From contig NC_134025.1 in the NCBI RefSeq assembly GCF_964204645.1, positions 12,214,001-12,278,000 of the forward strand: a stretch of DNA of 64,000 nt, read 5' to 3'. Source of the DNA: Tubulanus polymorphus. Lineage: Eukaryota; Animalia; Nemertea. Position 1 is the stretch's first letter, and the number at the start of each line of letters is the position of its first letter. The notes beneath the pieces are model-generated. The model was not told the DNA's origin, made no database searches, and saw only the letters and a program-made list of their open reading frames with translations. A program made the position numbers and the translations under genes. Of the stretch, positions 24,521 to 44,000 are shown piece by piece.

Positions 24521-26976
24521 TGTTGTGGGGGCACGTTGCTTTCTCCCCTCGTGTTGTCGTTGTTGGTTCGGATTAATCCGATAAGTGATATCCCTCTGAC
24601 TCCGGAATAATAACAACTCTTCTAGTGGGTCTAAGTTCTTCCTTTATTCTCCCGTACAATGCTTATTCCTTCCTACCGCTCGAATTTTAGGCTTCTCCAC
24701 CACTCTAGCATCTCTCAACCCCCTTACTGTGCTGACCCTCCCTTTTTATCTGATTTCATGTTACTCGCGACGTATACTTCTACATATGTAATACGTCACG
24801 AGTTTATTACTTGTTACTACTTAGCCATACCAGAGCTCAAGGCTGCCGCTATAACCAGCAACCCTATGCAGATACTCACGTCACTTTCACCTATCTTCTA
24901 TTCAGTGTCTTATGTGCGACATAAGCATCTACGTAGGTTGTTTACTAACTTCAGCCACTGCCCTGAACTCTGGCTTCCCTCCCTGTTATGCAAACTACTA
25001 ATTTATCACCCCAATACTATCCCCCTCTCCAGACGATTGGTCTCCAATCGCCAAAAATCCACAAGACCCCATTGTGTTTCAAAAAATCGTTTCAAAAGTA
25101 CATAGGGTTCAGAACATCATTCCTAAGCCACATCTCTTACATACACAAATCCAGCCCAAGGTAATTAAAATTACACAAAATCTTCAGAACACAAGACTAA
25201 TGATACACAACTACCACATCGTTCATCAATTTACAACATCTGTATAGTACCCATAAATTACAATTTCTGACCCTTACACCTATTCCCGAATTACCCGATC
25301 TTTCCTCACACAACTTTTGGGCACTTTCCGTCTGTATAGCTCTGGATAGCTGCCCTAAGCCATCCTTGCCCCTGTCCTAATTATTCTGCTGGTGTTGGTT
25401 CACATTCTGACGGCAGTATCTCCTAATATGTCATGGTCGTCCACACTGATAACAAATAATGTCTCTACTCGTAGCCATACGGGCGGGTGTCGGCGGTCCC
25501 CTGCAATTCCTGGCCATATGTCCTAACATAATACACCGGTAACATCGGCCACTAAACGTAGGGTTTCGAAATCCAGTGTCCGTAGTTCCATTTCGCGCGT
25601 TCATTGGTGATGTATACGTGATCGAAAAAAAGCTTGATTTCCCTGCGCCATCGGTTGCTCCTTCCTCTGCTTAATCTCCAGCTGATCGATTCTAGTTTTC
25701 AGCTGATCCCACTCGGCGTTCGATGTTCCGATTTGACTGATACCAGGGCCATCCATCTTCATCATTTGGACTACGTTACTTGCCATTTTGATGGCTTTGT
25801 CCAGATCCTCTGGCATTTGCATCCAGACTATTTTCCGTATGTCCGCGGAGAGACCGTCAATAAATGTACTAAGTGTCACGTGCGCGGGTAATTCCAGTTC
25901 ATTCGCTCTCTGTTTAACATCGTCTGCGAAATTGTCTACTGTTTGGCCTGAAACCATGCGCATGTGTTTCAGCTGGTGAGTTTTTATTATTTTCCGATCC
26001 GGGTTATTATATCGCTGGTTAAATGCCTTTAACAAGTCATTCCACACGCGTTTCTTTTCTTTATCGACGCCTAAATACCACGATCGGGCTTCTCCCCTCA
26101 AAAACAAGGGAAAGCTCCTCAGTATCTGACGGTCAGACCATGCCATGAGTTTTACGTATTGTAGAAATGCGTCTAACCATGGTTCAGGATCATCTGTTCC
26201 GTCAAAATGTTCTGGTTTCAGCCCCCTTACGCCTTTTGGCACGATGATTATTTCATCGTCGCTATCATCTTTGTCCGCTCGTTCTACAGCTGGATTGGCT
26301 GGTCCCACGGCCGGTTGCTGTCCCGCGTTTGCCATGCACAACAGTTGTGCTTTTCTTTTAACGGGTTGGTTATAAAACATAAACCAGAGTTTTTATAAAT
26401 CGAATCAAAGTATTTTGTTTATAATGTCACTCACCACTAGCTTGGCTGCGAGACCGGAATTCTGCTGCTATTCTCCACCAGTGTTATGGGGGCACATTGC
26501 TTTCTCCCCTCGTGTTGTCGTTGTTGGTTCCGATTAATCCGATAAGTGATATCCCTCTGACTCCGGAATAATAACAACTCTTCTAGTGGGTCTAAGTTCT
26601 ACCTTTATTCTCCCGTACAATGCTTATTCCTTCCTACGCTTGTATTTTAGGCTTCTCCACCACTCTAGCATCTCTCAACCCTCTTACTGTGCTGACCCTC
26701 CCTTTTTATCCTATTTCATGTTACTTGTGATGTATACTTCTACATATGTTATACGTCACAAGTTTATTACTTGTTACTACTTAGCCATACCAGAGCTTAA
26801 GGCTGCCGCTATAACCAGCAACCCTACGCAGATACTCACGTCACTTTCACCTTTCTTCTATTCAGTGTCTTATTTGCGACGTAAGCATCTACGTAGGTTG
26901 TTTACTAACTTCAGCCACTGCCCTGAACTCTGACTTCCCTCCCTGTTATGCAAACTACTAATTTATCACCCCAATA
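24521..26976 (-). mobile_element. Complete non-autonomous gag-only Gypsy-type LTR retrotransposon
   Basis: LTRs 24521-25016 and 26482-26976 (about 20 differences by eye). 5-bp TSD GTCAC. PBS TGGTGGAGAAT is complementary to the tRNA-Ala 3' end. PPT ggagagggggatag. No pol. Confidence 0.93.
25601..26380 (-). CDS. Retrotransposon Gag (capsid); zinc knuckles downstream are out of frame or contain a stop
   Basis: KPEHFDGTDDPEPWL...FPLFLRGEARSWY...FIDGL. Downstream CYRCIMLGHMARNC and CYQCGRP*HIRRYC at ~25410-25550. Confidence 0.85.
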   Translation of the reverse strand: MFYNQPVKRKAQLLCMANAGQQPAVGPANPAVERADKDDSDDEIIIVPKGVRGLKPEHFDGTDDPEPWLDAFLQYVKLMAWSDRQILRSFPLFLRGEARSWYLGVDKEKKRVWNDLLKAFNQRYNNPDRKIIKTHQLKHMRMVSGQTVDNFADDVKQRANELELPAHVTLSTFIDGLSADIRKIVWMQMPEDLDKAIKMASNVVQMMKMDGPGISQIGTSNAEWDQLKTRIDQLEIKQRKEQPMAQGNQAFFRSRIHHQ

Positions 26977-28927
26977 GTCACCAGGGGGCGTTGAATATTG
27001 AAATTGTTCGATTGTTGAGTATTTGAAACCACTTCCCAAGTGGATATGGTGTCCCTGCTCCTTACACCAGGTCCAAAGCAACATTTACCTTTGGTTCTGT
27101 TAAACAATACAGTTTAGTTCTTCATTTAGAACACGCTCTCCTGGCTCATTTGCAATAGGGAGAGCTTCAGCAGTCAGTTCTCTCTAGCCAACTCGAGATA
27201 ATCTTCATCAAGGTCATTGTCACCACTTTCATTATGATTCCTTTCATCATTGGAGTCAGTTTTATTCATTTTCGTCATTGGTTTTGATGTCTTGCAAGCT
27301 ATCAGGATTTGTGTATCCTTTTATCACATATCATGCAACATTCACAAATTTGGCAATGGAACATCGTCCCTCCGATAGTATTTGAGTGCATTATTTGATA
27401 GCATTATCCATTTAGACTTCACTCCGTTTATGTTGCCTTCTGATTGTCAGTCTGTGCTGAAGATGTGTTGTTTAACATTCCGTGTATCCAATGCAATTTT
27501 CTTCAGATTGTTCAAATGAAGAAATAGATAGGGATGTACACCTTCTGTCTGAGGGTGGTGAAAAAACTTTCCACAGCATTGTTCGCTCGTTCAGTACAAC
27601 TATTGACAGAAAAATGACCAAACTAATCCCGAAACTGGTTTAGCTACCTATGTCCAACTTTGGGAATATCTCTGGCAATGCATTGTGTTCGGTGCTACCT
27701 CCCCCAATTGGTTTGTACGAAATGAAACCATCAAAATATTAAAGTTCAGATTCATTTCATGAAATTACAAATTGCATGTCATTTAAAAAGTGCAATTTAG
27801 TTTTGATAGTATATCTAAGATTAGATTTGATGTGTCAAATATGATGCGTCATTTTATGTAAATTTGATGGATGAATTCGAAGTTTAGTTTTGAATTGTAA
27901 AAAAGTTTGATGGGTAATAAATGAAAGTTTGACTTAAATTTGATGTTTCATTTTTACAGCGTGTCTATGCCATAGGTTCACAGTACTTGTAGCAAAATTC
28001 TTGTCTGAATATTATTGAATGGTTTTTGTCTTGCATTGCCTTCGAGTATGGAGTTTAGTCAGGAGGGTGTGGAAAGGGGAAAAGTTCGTAATAACAAACA
28101 TGATGAATACAATAGTGCTTTCTGCGAAGCAGCAGAAGGCTTTGATGTCTTCATATTTCCTTCAATGAACCTGCTTGGTAACATATGGCAGACTCACTGT
28201 TTTGAACTACACAAGACAAACAGTGGCAGAGATTCAGTGATACATCCATATTACAATGTGTCCCTATAAAAACACTCCTGCCTATGTTCTTCATTGTTTA
28301 GCCAATATGTTATGGTTTTCTGTACCAAATGTTAAACACTAAGTATATACAAATGTGAGGAAATTACTACAATAATGACCAATCAATGAGATTATGATTT
28401 AGGATCCTACCACGAAGGTTGTGGGTTAAAATCACCCGGTGAATATCCCACAAGGTACACCCCCCACTAAATATTCCTCTAAGGTAAAAATCCTGCCGAA
28501 ATTCACTTTTCTATCGAACTAGAGTAAAAACTAGATGATACAATATTTAGAATTACATATCTGCATAGATATTCTATTATTACTTTTCAACTTCATAGAG
28601 ATTTTCAAGACTACTATCAGGACCCAATTTTGGATACATGTGGCTTGCTTAAGTCACATAATATTGCCATTTTTATGAATATAGCTTGCTTAAAGTCACT
28701 GATAGTCCAAGGTGAATATTGTGACCAATACTTGCATAATTTGAAATTTCTGAAATCTATCAATGTTTTCAACATAAGAATATTGAAAGATTTTGTTGTG
28801 AAATCAAATTTGGGGGATTTTTAGCAGGTTTTTTTTATATCTATTACCTTGCAGGATTTTACCAGGGGATAATTACCTGTTACCAGGAAACCAAATGAAG
28901 TTAAATTTGTTACTATTTGTGTTTCAG

Positions 28928-32158
<3,231 letters not shown>

Positions 32159-32350
32159 CGAATGCTGGAATAAATAGTTGTTTGATAGGATAAATCATGA
32201 ATCACCATAATATCAGGACTTTGAATCCGGAGTAGAATTTTAGAATTGCGTCGGTGTGTTATCGGAATCTAGCTGTACTGTGTTGGGGATGTCGTATCTT
32301 CCCGGCCAGTGGAAGTTCTACTGCCTTTAATCAGACATTTTACCTCTAAA

Positions 32351-32606
32351 CAGAGCCGTCGGAAGGAATTTTTTCAGTGGCGAGGCTTATTTCTGAACGG
32401 TGGTCTGGGGGCCCTCCCCTAGAAAAATTTTGGAAATTCAATCGCCGGAGATGCGTTTTGGCCGGAGATGCGTTTCACGGTCTCATTCACAGAAGCATGA
32501 GAAGTCGTGAGTCAACCACCTAGTACAGACAACGACGAGCTGCTACGTGGTACAGCGTGCTTTTGAAAAATTTTTTGTTAAGCAAAAAAGTGTTCCGACG
32601 GCCCTG
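32351..32606. mobile_element. MITE downstream of the FDX1 stop codon
   Basis: TIR cagagccgtcggaa / ttccgacggccctg, flanked by a ctaaa direct repeat. Confidence 0.7.
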
Positions 32607-34514
32607 CTAAACCGCAGCTGGTACGAACAACAAATAACATGGCTCTATAAATCTGCTCTCAATTTTAATTCGAATATCAAGTATTTTATCTGAACTGTTT
32701 ATTTATTATTATTATGTAATTTTCCCTTGTAATTAAATGATAGAATATTTTAAAAGGCATTAAATTCAGTTTTCGTTTCTCCTTTTTGGTTAAGTGCGTC
32801 AGTCATTTGAATGTGAATTTGGAAAACAGATGCAGTAGATAGAGGCAGAAGCCTCGGTGGAGGCAGATTGTCTCCGATTCCCCATCCTCCCCAGGCGAAC
32901 CAGATTGCATCGCTTCACTCAGCCACGGTTCGATCTCGATACCATCACGTTCGAATCCCGATTCACTCGCATTCTGGGCTTTATTTATAACAATTATTTA
33001 TGCCATAACCAATGACCCATCGTTACTCTGCGTTGGACGAAATTGATCCGTCCGCGAGATCAAATTTAGTTCATTTTCGATGAACTCGAACTGAATTTTT
33101 AGGCACCCGAATCAACACATTATCACAAGGACCCACCAAATATACATCGAAATAAGGTTTATTCTCAATAATTTGAACTATTTTTCAATAATTCGTTTAT
33201 TTAAGATTAATATTCAGGTCTAACTGAACTGTACAAGAAATACAGAATCAGACTAAAAGATAAGACAGATAAGAATAAAACTGTACAGAAGACACGGAAG
33301 ACCGGGTATAATTACATGGTGGATCCTCGCCTGCCATAAGTGGAATCATCAATTGCCACAGGAGTTTCCCACCTACAACTATCATCGAAAGGCAAAATGC
33401 GCTAGAAAAATCACCTGCACACATGCCGAAAAATTGTGTTGCCGAGTAGAATACTGGGAAGGGAATTGAGGAAAAATTAGTCAGTTCAATAGAGACCTCA
33501 CCACCCAACCACACACGCGAACACACACAACTTCTGGAGAGTAGTTGCATCAACTTTTGGGCCAGTAACAAAGATTGGAAGGTTGAAAAGTTGTGTCAAC
33601 TGAACGTAGATACGGCTCAGAAAATTTTACCCACAATTTGGATGGACGAGGAATCTTGTGCACAGTCATAAGTAATGGAGCAGAAATCAAAAAAGAAACT
33701 TGCGAAAAAAAGTCCAACCATTGATGTCATACCACGTGTCAAGCCTGACGCCAGAAATTTCAAAAGGGGATTGATTGACTTTTTCAGGCAAATATAGGAA
33801 ATAAAAAAAGGGATTGACATATTGATCTCTGGGATTGACCCTGTTCTTAATTTGATGGGTAGATTTTGTTTGATTTGGTGTCCCTTACAAAACCCACCAC
33901 CTGCCGACAGCGAAACAATCGTCCAAACAGTCCGCACCAGCCCGATATTTTCTTGGAGTAATCATCTTGTCAAGTTAATCATATACATAATTACTGCAAG
34001 GTTTCTCAAAACAAGGCCGGAGCTGTAAGGTTCTATAAAGATAGAAATGCATACTTTGAAACCATTGGAAACACAAAAATTTAACGGCTTACGACAATGA
34101 TATCTGCTATCAGTTGTTTAGCGTTCATGCGACAAACACATTTTGACATAACCGGGTAGATATGAATTCATGCCCATAAATATCTTCTCTAAAGTATTTT
34201 GGAAATGATACTTATTCCGGAAGCTCGGTATTACATTTGACAGAATGAATATTGCCATTACGATATTAATCTGGACTCTCGATATACAGATCTTCTTTAA
34301 CCCAGAAAACTCAAATATCAGTGACCAACAGGGGTTTTAAGTAATAAAAACGACTGTATGACTTATTCCATATTTCCTTTATGCGAGTGTCGATCCAACC
34401 AGCTTCGAATCCAACCTCGGCAAGCGACGATGGATTGCCGAGGTTTGATTGCCACCCAACGAAGCTAACGCACAAACCGTGGCCGCACCTCTTTCATTGA
34501 TCTACCTAAACTAT

Positions 34515-34770
34515 TTCGGTGAAGACTCCAATCAGTCGCTTACCGGGTTAGACTTGTTGGAAGATTGCTTCAATGTACCGGAGCCGAATTTCCCAATTAT
34601 GTACTTCGAATCAAACAAAAAATTCTGTAAACTCGACCACCGATCACCCAACTATATTCTGTATTTCGATTTCCGATTTCAAAATCAAACCCCCTGTTTT
34701 GCTCCCGGGTTTGTAAGGACCAAAATAATAAATAGCAGGGTCAATTCCTATTTTAAGATAAAAAAAAGAT
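34515..34770 (-). repeat. Dispersed repeat (other copies at ~33810-33918 and ~48088-48390, opposite orientation)
   Basis: The reverse complement aligns to gccgggagcgaaacagggggtttcattttgaaatcggaaatcgaa... at ~48195-48390. Confidence 0.7.
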
Positions 34771-35317
34771 TTTACAGATACATAATTCGGTGGACAGGTT
34801 GCTACTTAACGGTCACCATGCAGTCCTATGTCCGCTGCGTTGCATCGGCAGGGCGATGTCTGCCAGTGCAGAACAAAATGGACGCCATACTATTGAGAAA
34901 ACGAAAAGGAAACATGTTTGTCATAAGTTGATTGATGATTTTTCGAAATATCTCATTAATTGTTACTCGCTTTATATCAGTATCGTAACTGTTCTTGTTA
35001 TATCCGTCTTGATTTGTTTGAAAAAAGTTGTTTTGACGGCGTATGTTGATTTCAGCATCTAGGTCTGATAAGAACTTTTTAGTCCTGAAAAAAACTTAAA
35101 GCTATTTGCAGCTCCCGCAGAAAACAAAAGTTGATTTCAGCACCCACTGAAATTAACTTTTAGGTACTGGCAAATTTTCACATAACAAAATTATTGATGA
35201 GAGTATATTAATCGAGAGTTAAGTCCCAGATGTTGCAAAGACATTGCATTCCAAGTTATTCTGCGTTCCTGTTTGTGAAATCGGTTTAAAAGGCTTGTGA
35301 GTCGTAAATAGAAACCT

Positions 35318-35845
35318 GGGTCCAGTTCCACAGTTCCGAGTTGAAATTTAACTCTGAGTTAACTTATTGAAAATGAACTAAAGCCTGGTTTTCACGAGCG
35401 GGTTCCAGCTAGCTTTTTCCAGCTGCCGCAGGAAACCGCTCGTGAAAACCAGCCTTAACTCAGAGTTAACTCTAACTCACAACTGTGGAGCTTGGCCCAG
35501 GTTTCCAGCTAGCTTTTTCCAGCTGCTGCAGGAAACCGCTCGTGGCCCCGAGCTGGAAAACGCGGTAGCTGGAAATTGCTGGCTGGAAAATGTTTGCCGC
35601 AGCAGCTTCCAGCTCTGAAAAACGCTCGTGAAAACGGTCAAACTGCGGGAGCGGTTTCCAGCTACCAGCGGCAATTTCCAGCCATTGCATGCAATAGCTT
35701 TTTTTGTCCAGCAGCTTGGAAACGCTCGTAAAAACACGTGCCGCTGGTATTGAAATTAGGTTGACCGGGGGACCATGCGCATGCGTGCTTGTTGTTGCTC
35801 GAGGCATTTTCACGTAGCTGAAAAACAGCCGCAGGAAAAAGCTAG
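35318..35845. mobile_element. Nested Harbinger-like MITEs: outer 35318-35498, inner 35382-35455 (TSD TAA), plus adjacent ccagct-rich element 35501-35845
   Basis: Outer TIR gggtccagttccacagtt / aactgtggagcttggccc. Inner TIR ctggttttcacgagcgg / ccgctcgtgaaaaccag. Confidence 0.75.
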
Positions 35846-36314
35846 TTTATGCTATTGTTGAGTTTCAGTGTTTCGGTGTTGTGTAAATGAATAAGATAGG
35901 GAAAAGTGGATAAAAAGTGGAATTGATTCGTCAGTTATTGAGTGCGGTTTCACAAAATCCTCGACTTGTAGGCTTTTGGAAATTTTTCGTGCCTTTTCCA
36001 CGTCTTTCTTAATGAACCGGTATATATAAAAATGATATCGATGACAATCTTTGGTATTTTGAATTTGCAAATTATTGTTTTTTCAGGGAATGTTTTCGGA
36101 AGGGTTCATCGAAAATGTATGTGGGCAAGCCGAAGAACCAACGTTTTCGAGTGGTAATCTTGTCAACAATTGTCGTACAAAGTCAAAATTATGAGGGGGA
36201 TGCGCACAATTGTTTAAAGCTGGCGTTTTGTTTACCGCAGATGTTGTTTAGCATACGTTGCATTTATTTGATAGTTCTTCCTCTATGTCATTCAAATGCT
36301 TAATTCAAATAATC

Positions 36315-39449
<3,135 letters not shown>

Positions 39450-41013
39450 AATCTGCACCGACATCATCTGCTGTCAACTACCGCAACGAATGAAGAGTAT
39501 ATGGCGAATTGTAAAAAAAAGAATTTATTCTAAATATACGATCTTGGGTACAAAAAGATTAATATCTTTTTTACGAATTGAAAAATCTTTTGTTTGACTT
39601 TTTCGAATGAGAAGTCGATAGTATTTTTCAAACTTCTTTTGATGGCCCTGGACGGCAGATTTCCATGCTTAGAAATGTATTCATTTGTAGAAATGTAATA
39701 AAGCGATCAGTTAAAAATATTCTACCCGTACAAGATCGGACATGGTAGAATAACTACACTTTGACGCGGAGAACAGATCATAAGTTTAAAACCCACACTA
39801 TATACATAATTTCTAAGGTCAAAAGCAAAGTTTATTATTCAAAGATTTAAAACCAAAAGACACGACGTTTCAGACTCTAGAGACCATCGTTACACTTAAC
39901 GTATATAGTCAGCCGTGTGTGCGTTTTAAACTTAATTAAGATCGGATATATTTATTCTGATTTCTTAGTTTCAAGCAATTTACATGTATTACTCGTCTAG
40001 AAATGCATTAACGATTTTTTTCCAAGTTCACAAATCAAATATAATTTTTTCTCGTATACACCAGGACGCCTCCGTATTCATATAGTATTTTATGATTTAG
40101 AAAATAGGTTGCCTATGTTGTATTGATCTATGGTGTATTAATTGTGGCTTGACAATCATCGATATCTAGTCTATCGTCGTTATGTCTTTTTGGAAAAATA
40201 AAACAAAAATCAAATGCTCGAAGTGATGTCTTTGCAGACGTTTCGAATCGATCGTGTATTCAAAGTGTGCATGATTTTCAATTACTCGTTTTTCATCTTC
40301 GATTGAAGTAAGTTCTTGCTGGCTGTCTTCACTTTAAGAGTCACTCAAAATACAACATCAAGCTCTATAACCACTGGGCAAGTGGACAAGTTCCATTGGT
40401 CTACTGGCTAGCGTTTAGAATATAGCGTTTTAATCTTGCAACATCTTTTTTTCTTTTCAGCTTATAAAGTTCTCCACCATAGTGCTTGTTCTGAACTTCG
40501 AGAGACTTTCCATACTCTCCCAAGCTCTGGTTTTTTCTTTCGGCCCATTTATATCAATTCATCATACGGGTAGAAGATTTTGACCTCTTTTGGTAATGTC
40601 AACTAAACTAAGATAAGTAGTATCTGGATAGTTGGGTGTTGGCCAACAGAATCATTCATTACTGTGGAATTTTATGAAATATTGGATTTCAATTTCTATT
40701 TGAGACGTACGTAAGTACGGGGAAAGGGTTTTAGTCACATCTTGGAGTAATCATTTAAAATGATTACTCCAAGGTCACATCACGATGCTTAGACCAATCG
40801 ACTTTCCAATGTCGACAACGTAGCCGGGTCGCTAAAGACATTTGTCAAGTAGCGACATACGAGTCGACGAAAATGGACTTGCGGAGTGATACCGCGATAT
40901 TAATCGACGCGATATATCGATTAAATTATTTCAAGAAAAATCAATAGCTTCCACAGATTTCATACGCATCTGTTGCATATTTTTGATTTTGTTTTAGTTG
41001 GTGATTGGAAGTC

Positions 41014-44000
41014 ATGATGAAGTGTTTACGCGCGGCAATTTTTGTACTAATGATTCTTTCGATTTGGTATGCATTATACATATTCATGTACGTTTTATCG
41101 GTAAAACGCGCATTTATTATCTCAGAAAGAAGAAACAGTCACGGCAGTTTGTTAACAGCTTTATTTTCTGTGACCAAGACACCTTTTCAGCCATCCAAGA
41201 AGTTTGTAAGACCATTTGAAAAAGAGTCAAAAAGTCAATGTGTTCTTAGCACGCCACGTCCAGGTACGTATTTGGTTAATTTGCTATCTCTAATTTGATA
41301 CCGGTCAACGGGAATATACTGGGCAAAGTTTTAAGAAACTTCGCAGCTATATCAGGTCACGGTCAATGCTCAACTAAACACATAGAATCTACTATATAAC
41401 TTAATGGTTATCATTCAATATGCATCGATTGAATACATGATAATATATTTGAAAAGGTGGACCCATCCGATGGTCTGTTGAGCATCCCAGTTTTCCAGAA
41501 CTCGAAAAGCGTTTTTCAAGCCTGCTACAACCCGACGGTCACGGTCGGCCTAATGATTGCGTTGCAGATCATCGAGTAGCCATCATTGTGCCGTACCGAA
41601 ATCGCGAATTAAATCTGAGGACGTTTCTAAACCACATGCATCCATTCCTACTCAGGCAACCTATAGATTATAGAATATTTGTCATTGAACAACAGGTAAT
41701 TTTCTCCTTTGTTTGATGTGCGTATGAAGTCTGTATACATCTATAAATGTAATGATATACATGTATATTATTTTTAGAATGACACTTTACCGTATAACAA
41801 AGGAATGTTAATGAATATAGGATTTATAGAGGCGAGAAGAGTGTATAATTTCACTTGCTTTATCTTCCACGATGTTGACTTGCTTCCCTTGGACGACCGA
41901 AATTTGTACACATGTTTCGATAACCCGAGGCATTTGTCGGTGTTAATAGATATTTTTAAGTTTAGGTATACGATCAGTATATTATCCGCCTAGTTAGTTT
42001 TATCGTAAGAGAATCATTCCTCGGAGCCATAATTGACAGTTTTGCCTAGCTATTTTAATTTCGTTTTCGACTTTGTAGACCTCTTTATAAAGATATCTTC
42101 GGCGGGGTTTGCGCAATAAAACCGGAACAGTTCATCCGTATGAATGGGTATTCGAATGTGTACTGGAACTGGGGAGCAGAAGACGATGACATGGCTCTAC
42201 GGTAAACACTTAATTGCGTTTGTTTGATGATTTCAATTTTTTACGCTCATATGCATCTCGCAACATTACCCGTCTTCTTTCCGGTATATTACAGATCACA
42301 GATTTAGAATGTGCTAGAGAAAGAAAGAGCAAATTTACACGAATTTGGTCTTTCTTCCGATAGATTTCATCCTGTTGTGTTGGTTAAGTTATTGAAAAAA
42401 AACATATGTATTTTCCTTTAGATTGAAGAGAGCTGGCTTCAGAATTCATACGCGTTATCCATTGCACATTGGCAAGTATACGATGTTATCTCACAACAAG
42501 TCCCGAGAGAATCCTAACAGGTAAAAATAAGATTGAAAACAGAATAGATGTAAACTATATGTGGAACAGTGGCAAGACTTTGATAATTCCAGCCGATATC
42601 AGAACTCTTAATATACTATGGATGAATTGTAGTCACATGATCAAGACTATTATCATGTAGACCGACCTGGAAAAATAGTGAGTGAGTTGACCTGGTTGTG
42701 CAATCCCCGATCAAACGAAGCTGTGTAGGTATATGACGACCACAGAATAGGCCACGTTTAGGAAGAATATTCCGATTCAAGTGCAAAACCTATAATGCGA
42801 ATACGATTACACGTATTGTATAAATATGTTCAGCACGTTCACAACTAATTCACCAAAACCATCTGGATTTCATAAAGACCCCAGCTCCCGTGATCGATTA
42901 CTTCGTTTAATTGTTAGTGATAATTAATCAACGTAAATCTTCACTGTCAAAGTAATAATATATTCGGACTGATAAGCAAATCTACGCGTCAGGTCAGTTT
43001 GAAAATAACTAATACCGTGGTTTTTATGTTCACCAGCGCTTTCGATGCTTTACAATTATAGGTGGTAAATCTTTTTATAATTTCTGTAATTGAATATGAA
43101 ATATCACGGGGATGTCAGATGTATCTGCTGATAAAATCATCAATTGTGATATTTGAAAGGTTCGATCAACTTCAATTATACGATCTACTTGAATCGTATA
43201 GTTGGTACTCTTCTGCAGATAATACATCTCCCTATATATCTCAATATCATTGTCATATCTTGATCGTTCAAATTAATTCTATAATGAAACGACTTGCGTG
43301 TTGGCTGTGGAAACTATAGAATTGAGGTAGAATTTTAAAAGGCTGTGCATTACTGTCGCAAAGAGATGCACAAACTCCCTCTTATTCTAGACAACACCCA
43401 AATACAATTCCTGATATATGATAAGGTCCAAATTGGGTCCTTACATCAAATTTGGAACGACCGATCGAGTCAGAGTGCGCATTCACACAGTCATGCGTTG
43501 CCATATTGGCTACAGATTGACTTGCCCCGCAAGATGTCGCCTTGAGAATCTTACACCGCAGTCTTTAAATCTAAATGATAGATTTATGAATCCCGGACTT
43601 TAACATATATATTTAGAATATTTTGATTACCGAAGTTTATCTTAAATCTGGACACATTAATCTACGCATGTTAAATTCTATGACATTTTCAAAGCATCAA
43701 AATTTGGAGGTAGGTCTTTTAGGTGGGTCCAAATTATTGGAGCGTTCCAAAATGGAACGGACTAACTTGGAACGGACTTTTTGCAAGTGTGAGCGCTTGG
43801 TCCAGTCAGAATAAATAATATGCACATCTCCCATTATTTCAAGAAATTAGGTTTTGGAAACTCTTTGTTTTTGCAAGCGCCCAAAATTATTTATGTATTT
43901 CTCGTTTTGTCGCGGTTGCAAAAACAAGGGCATTTTTGGGGGAATTTGTACTCTTTCGCATTTCATTACCACCTATATTCAAATGTCAGGAATTTTACTT

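Larger units (their letters stand above)
23775..27062 (+). mobile_element. HINE family 1 copy interrupted by the LTR element (23775-24520 and 26977-27062)
   Basis: Same ~154-bp units. The array resumes after the LTR element at gtcaccagggggcgttgaa and ends with the subTIR tcccaagtgg. Confidence 0.75.

Noticed and set aside
24659-26933. Plus-strand ORFs of 148 and 115 aa
   Set aside because: Antisense frames within the two LTRs, with no protein motifs.
28301-28345. Candidate upstream FDX1 exon (ag|CCAATA...AT|gtgagg)
   Set aside because: The phase fits, but the peptide does not resemble a presequence. Unsupported without transcripts.
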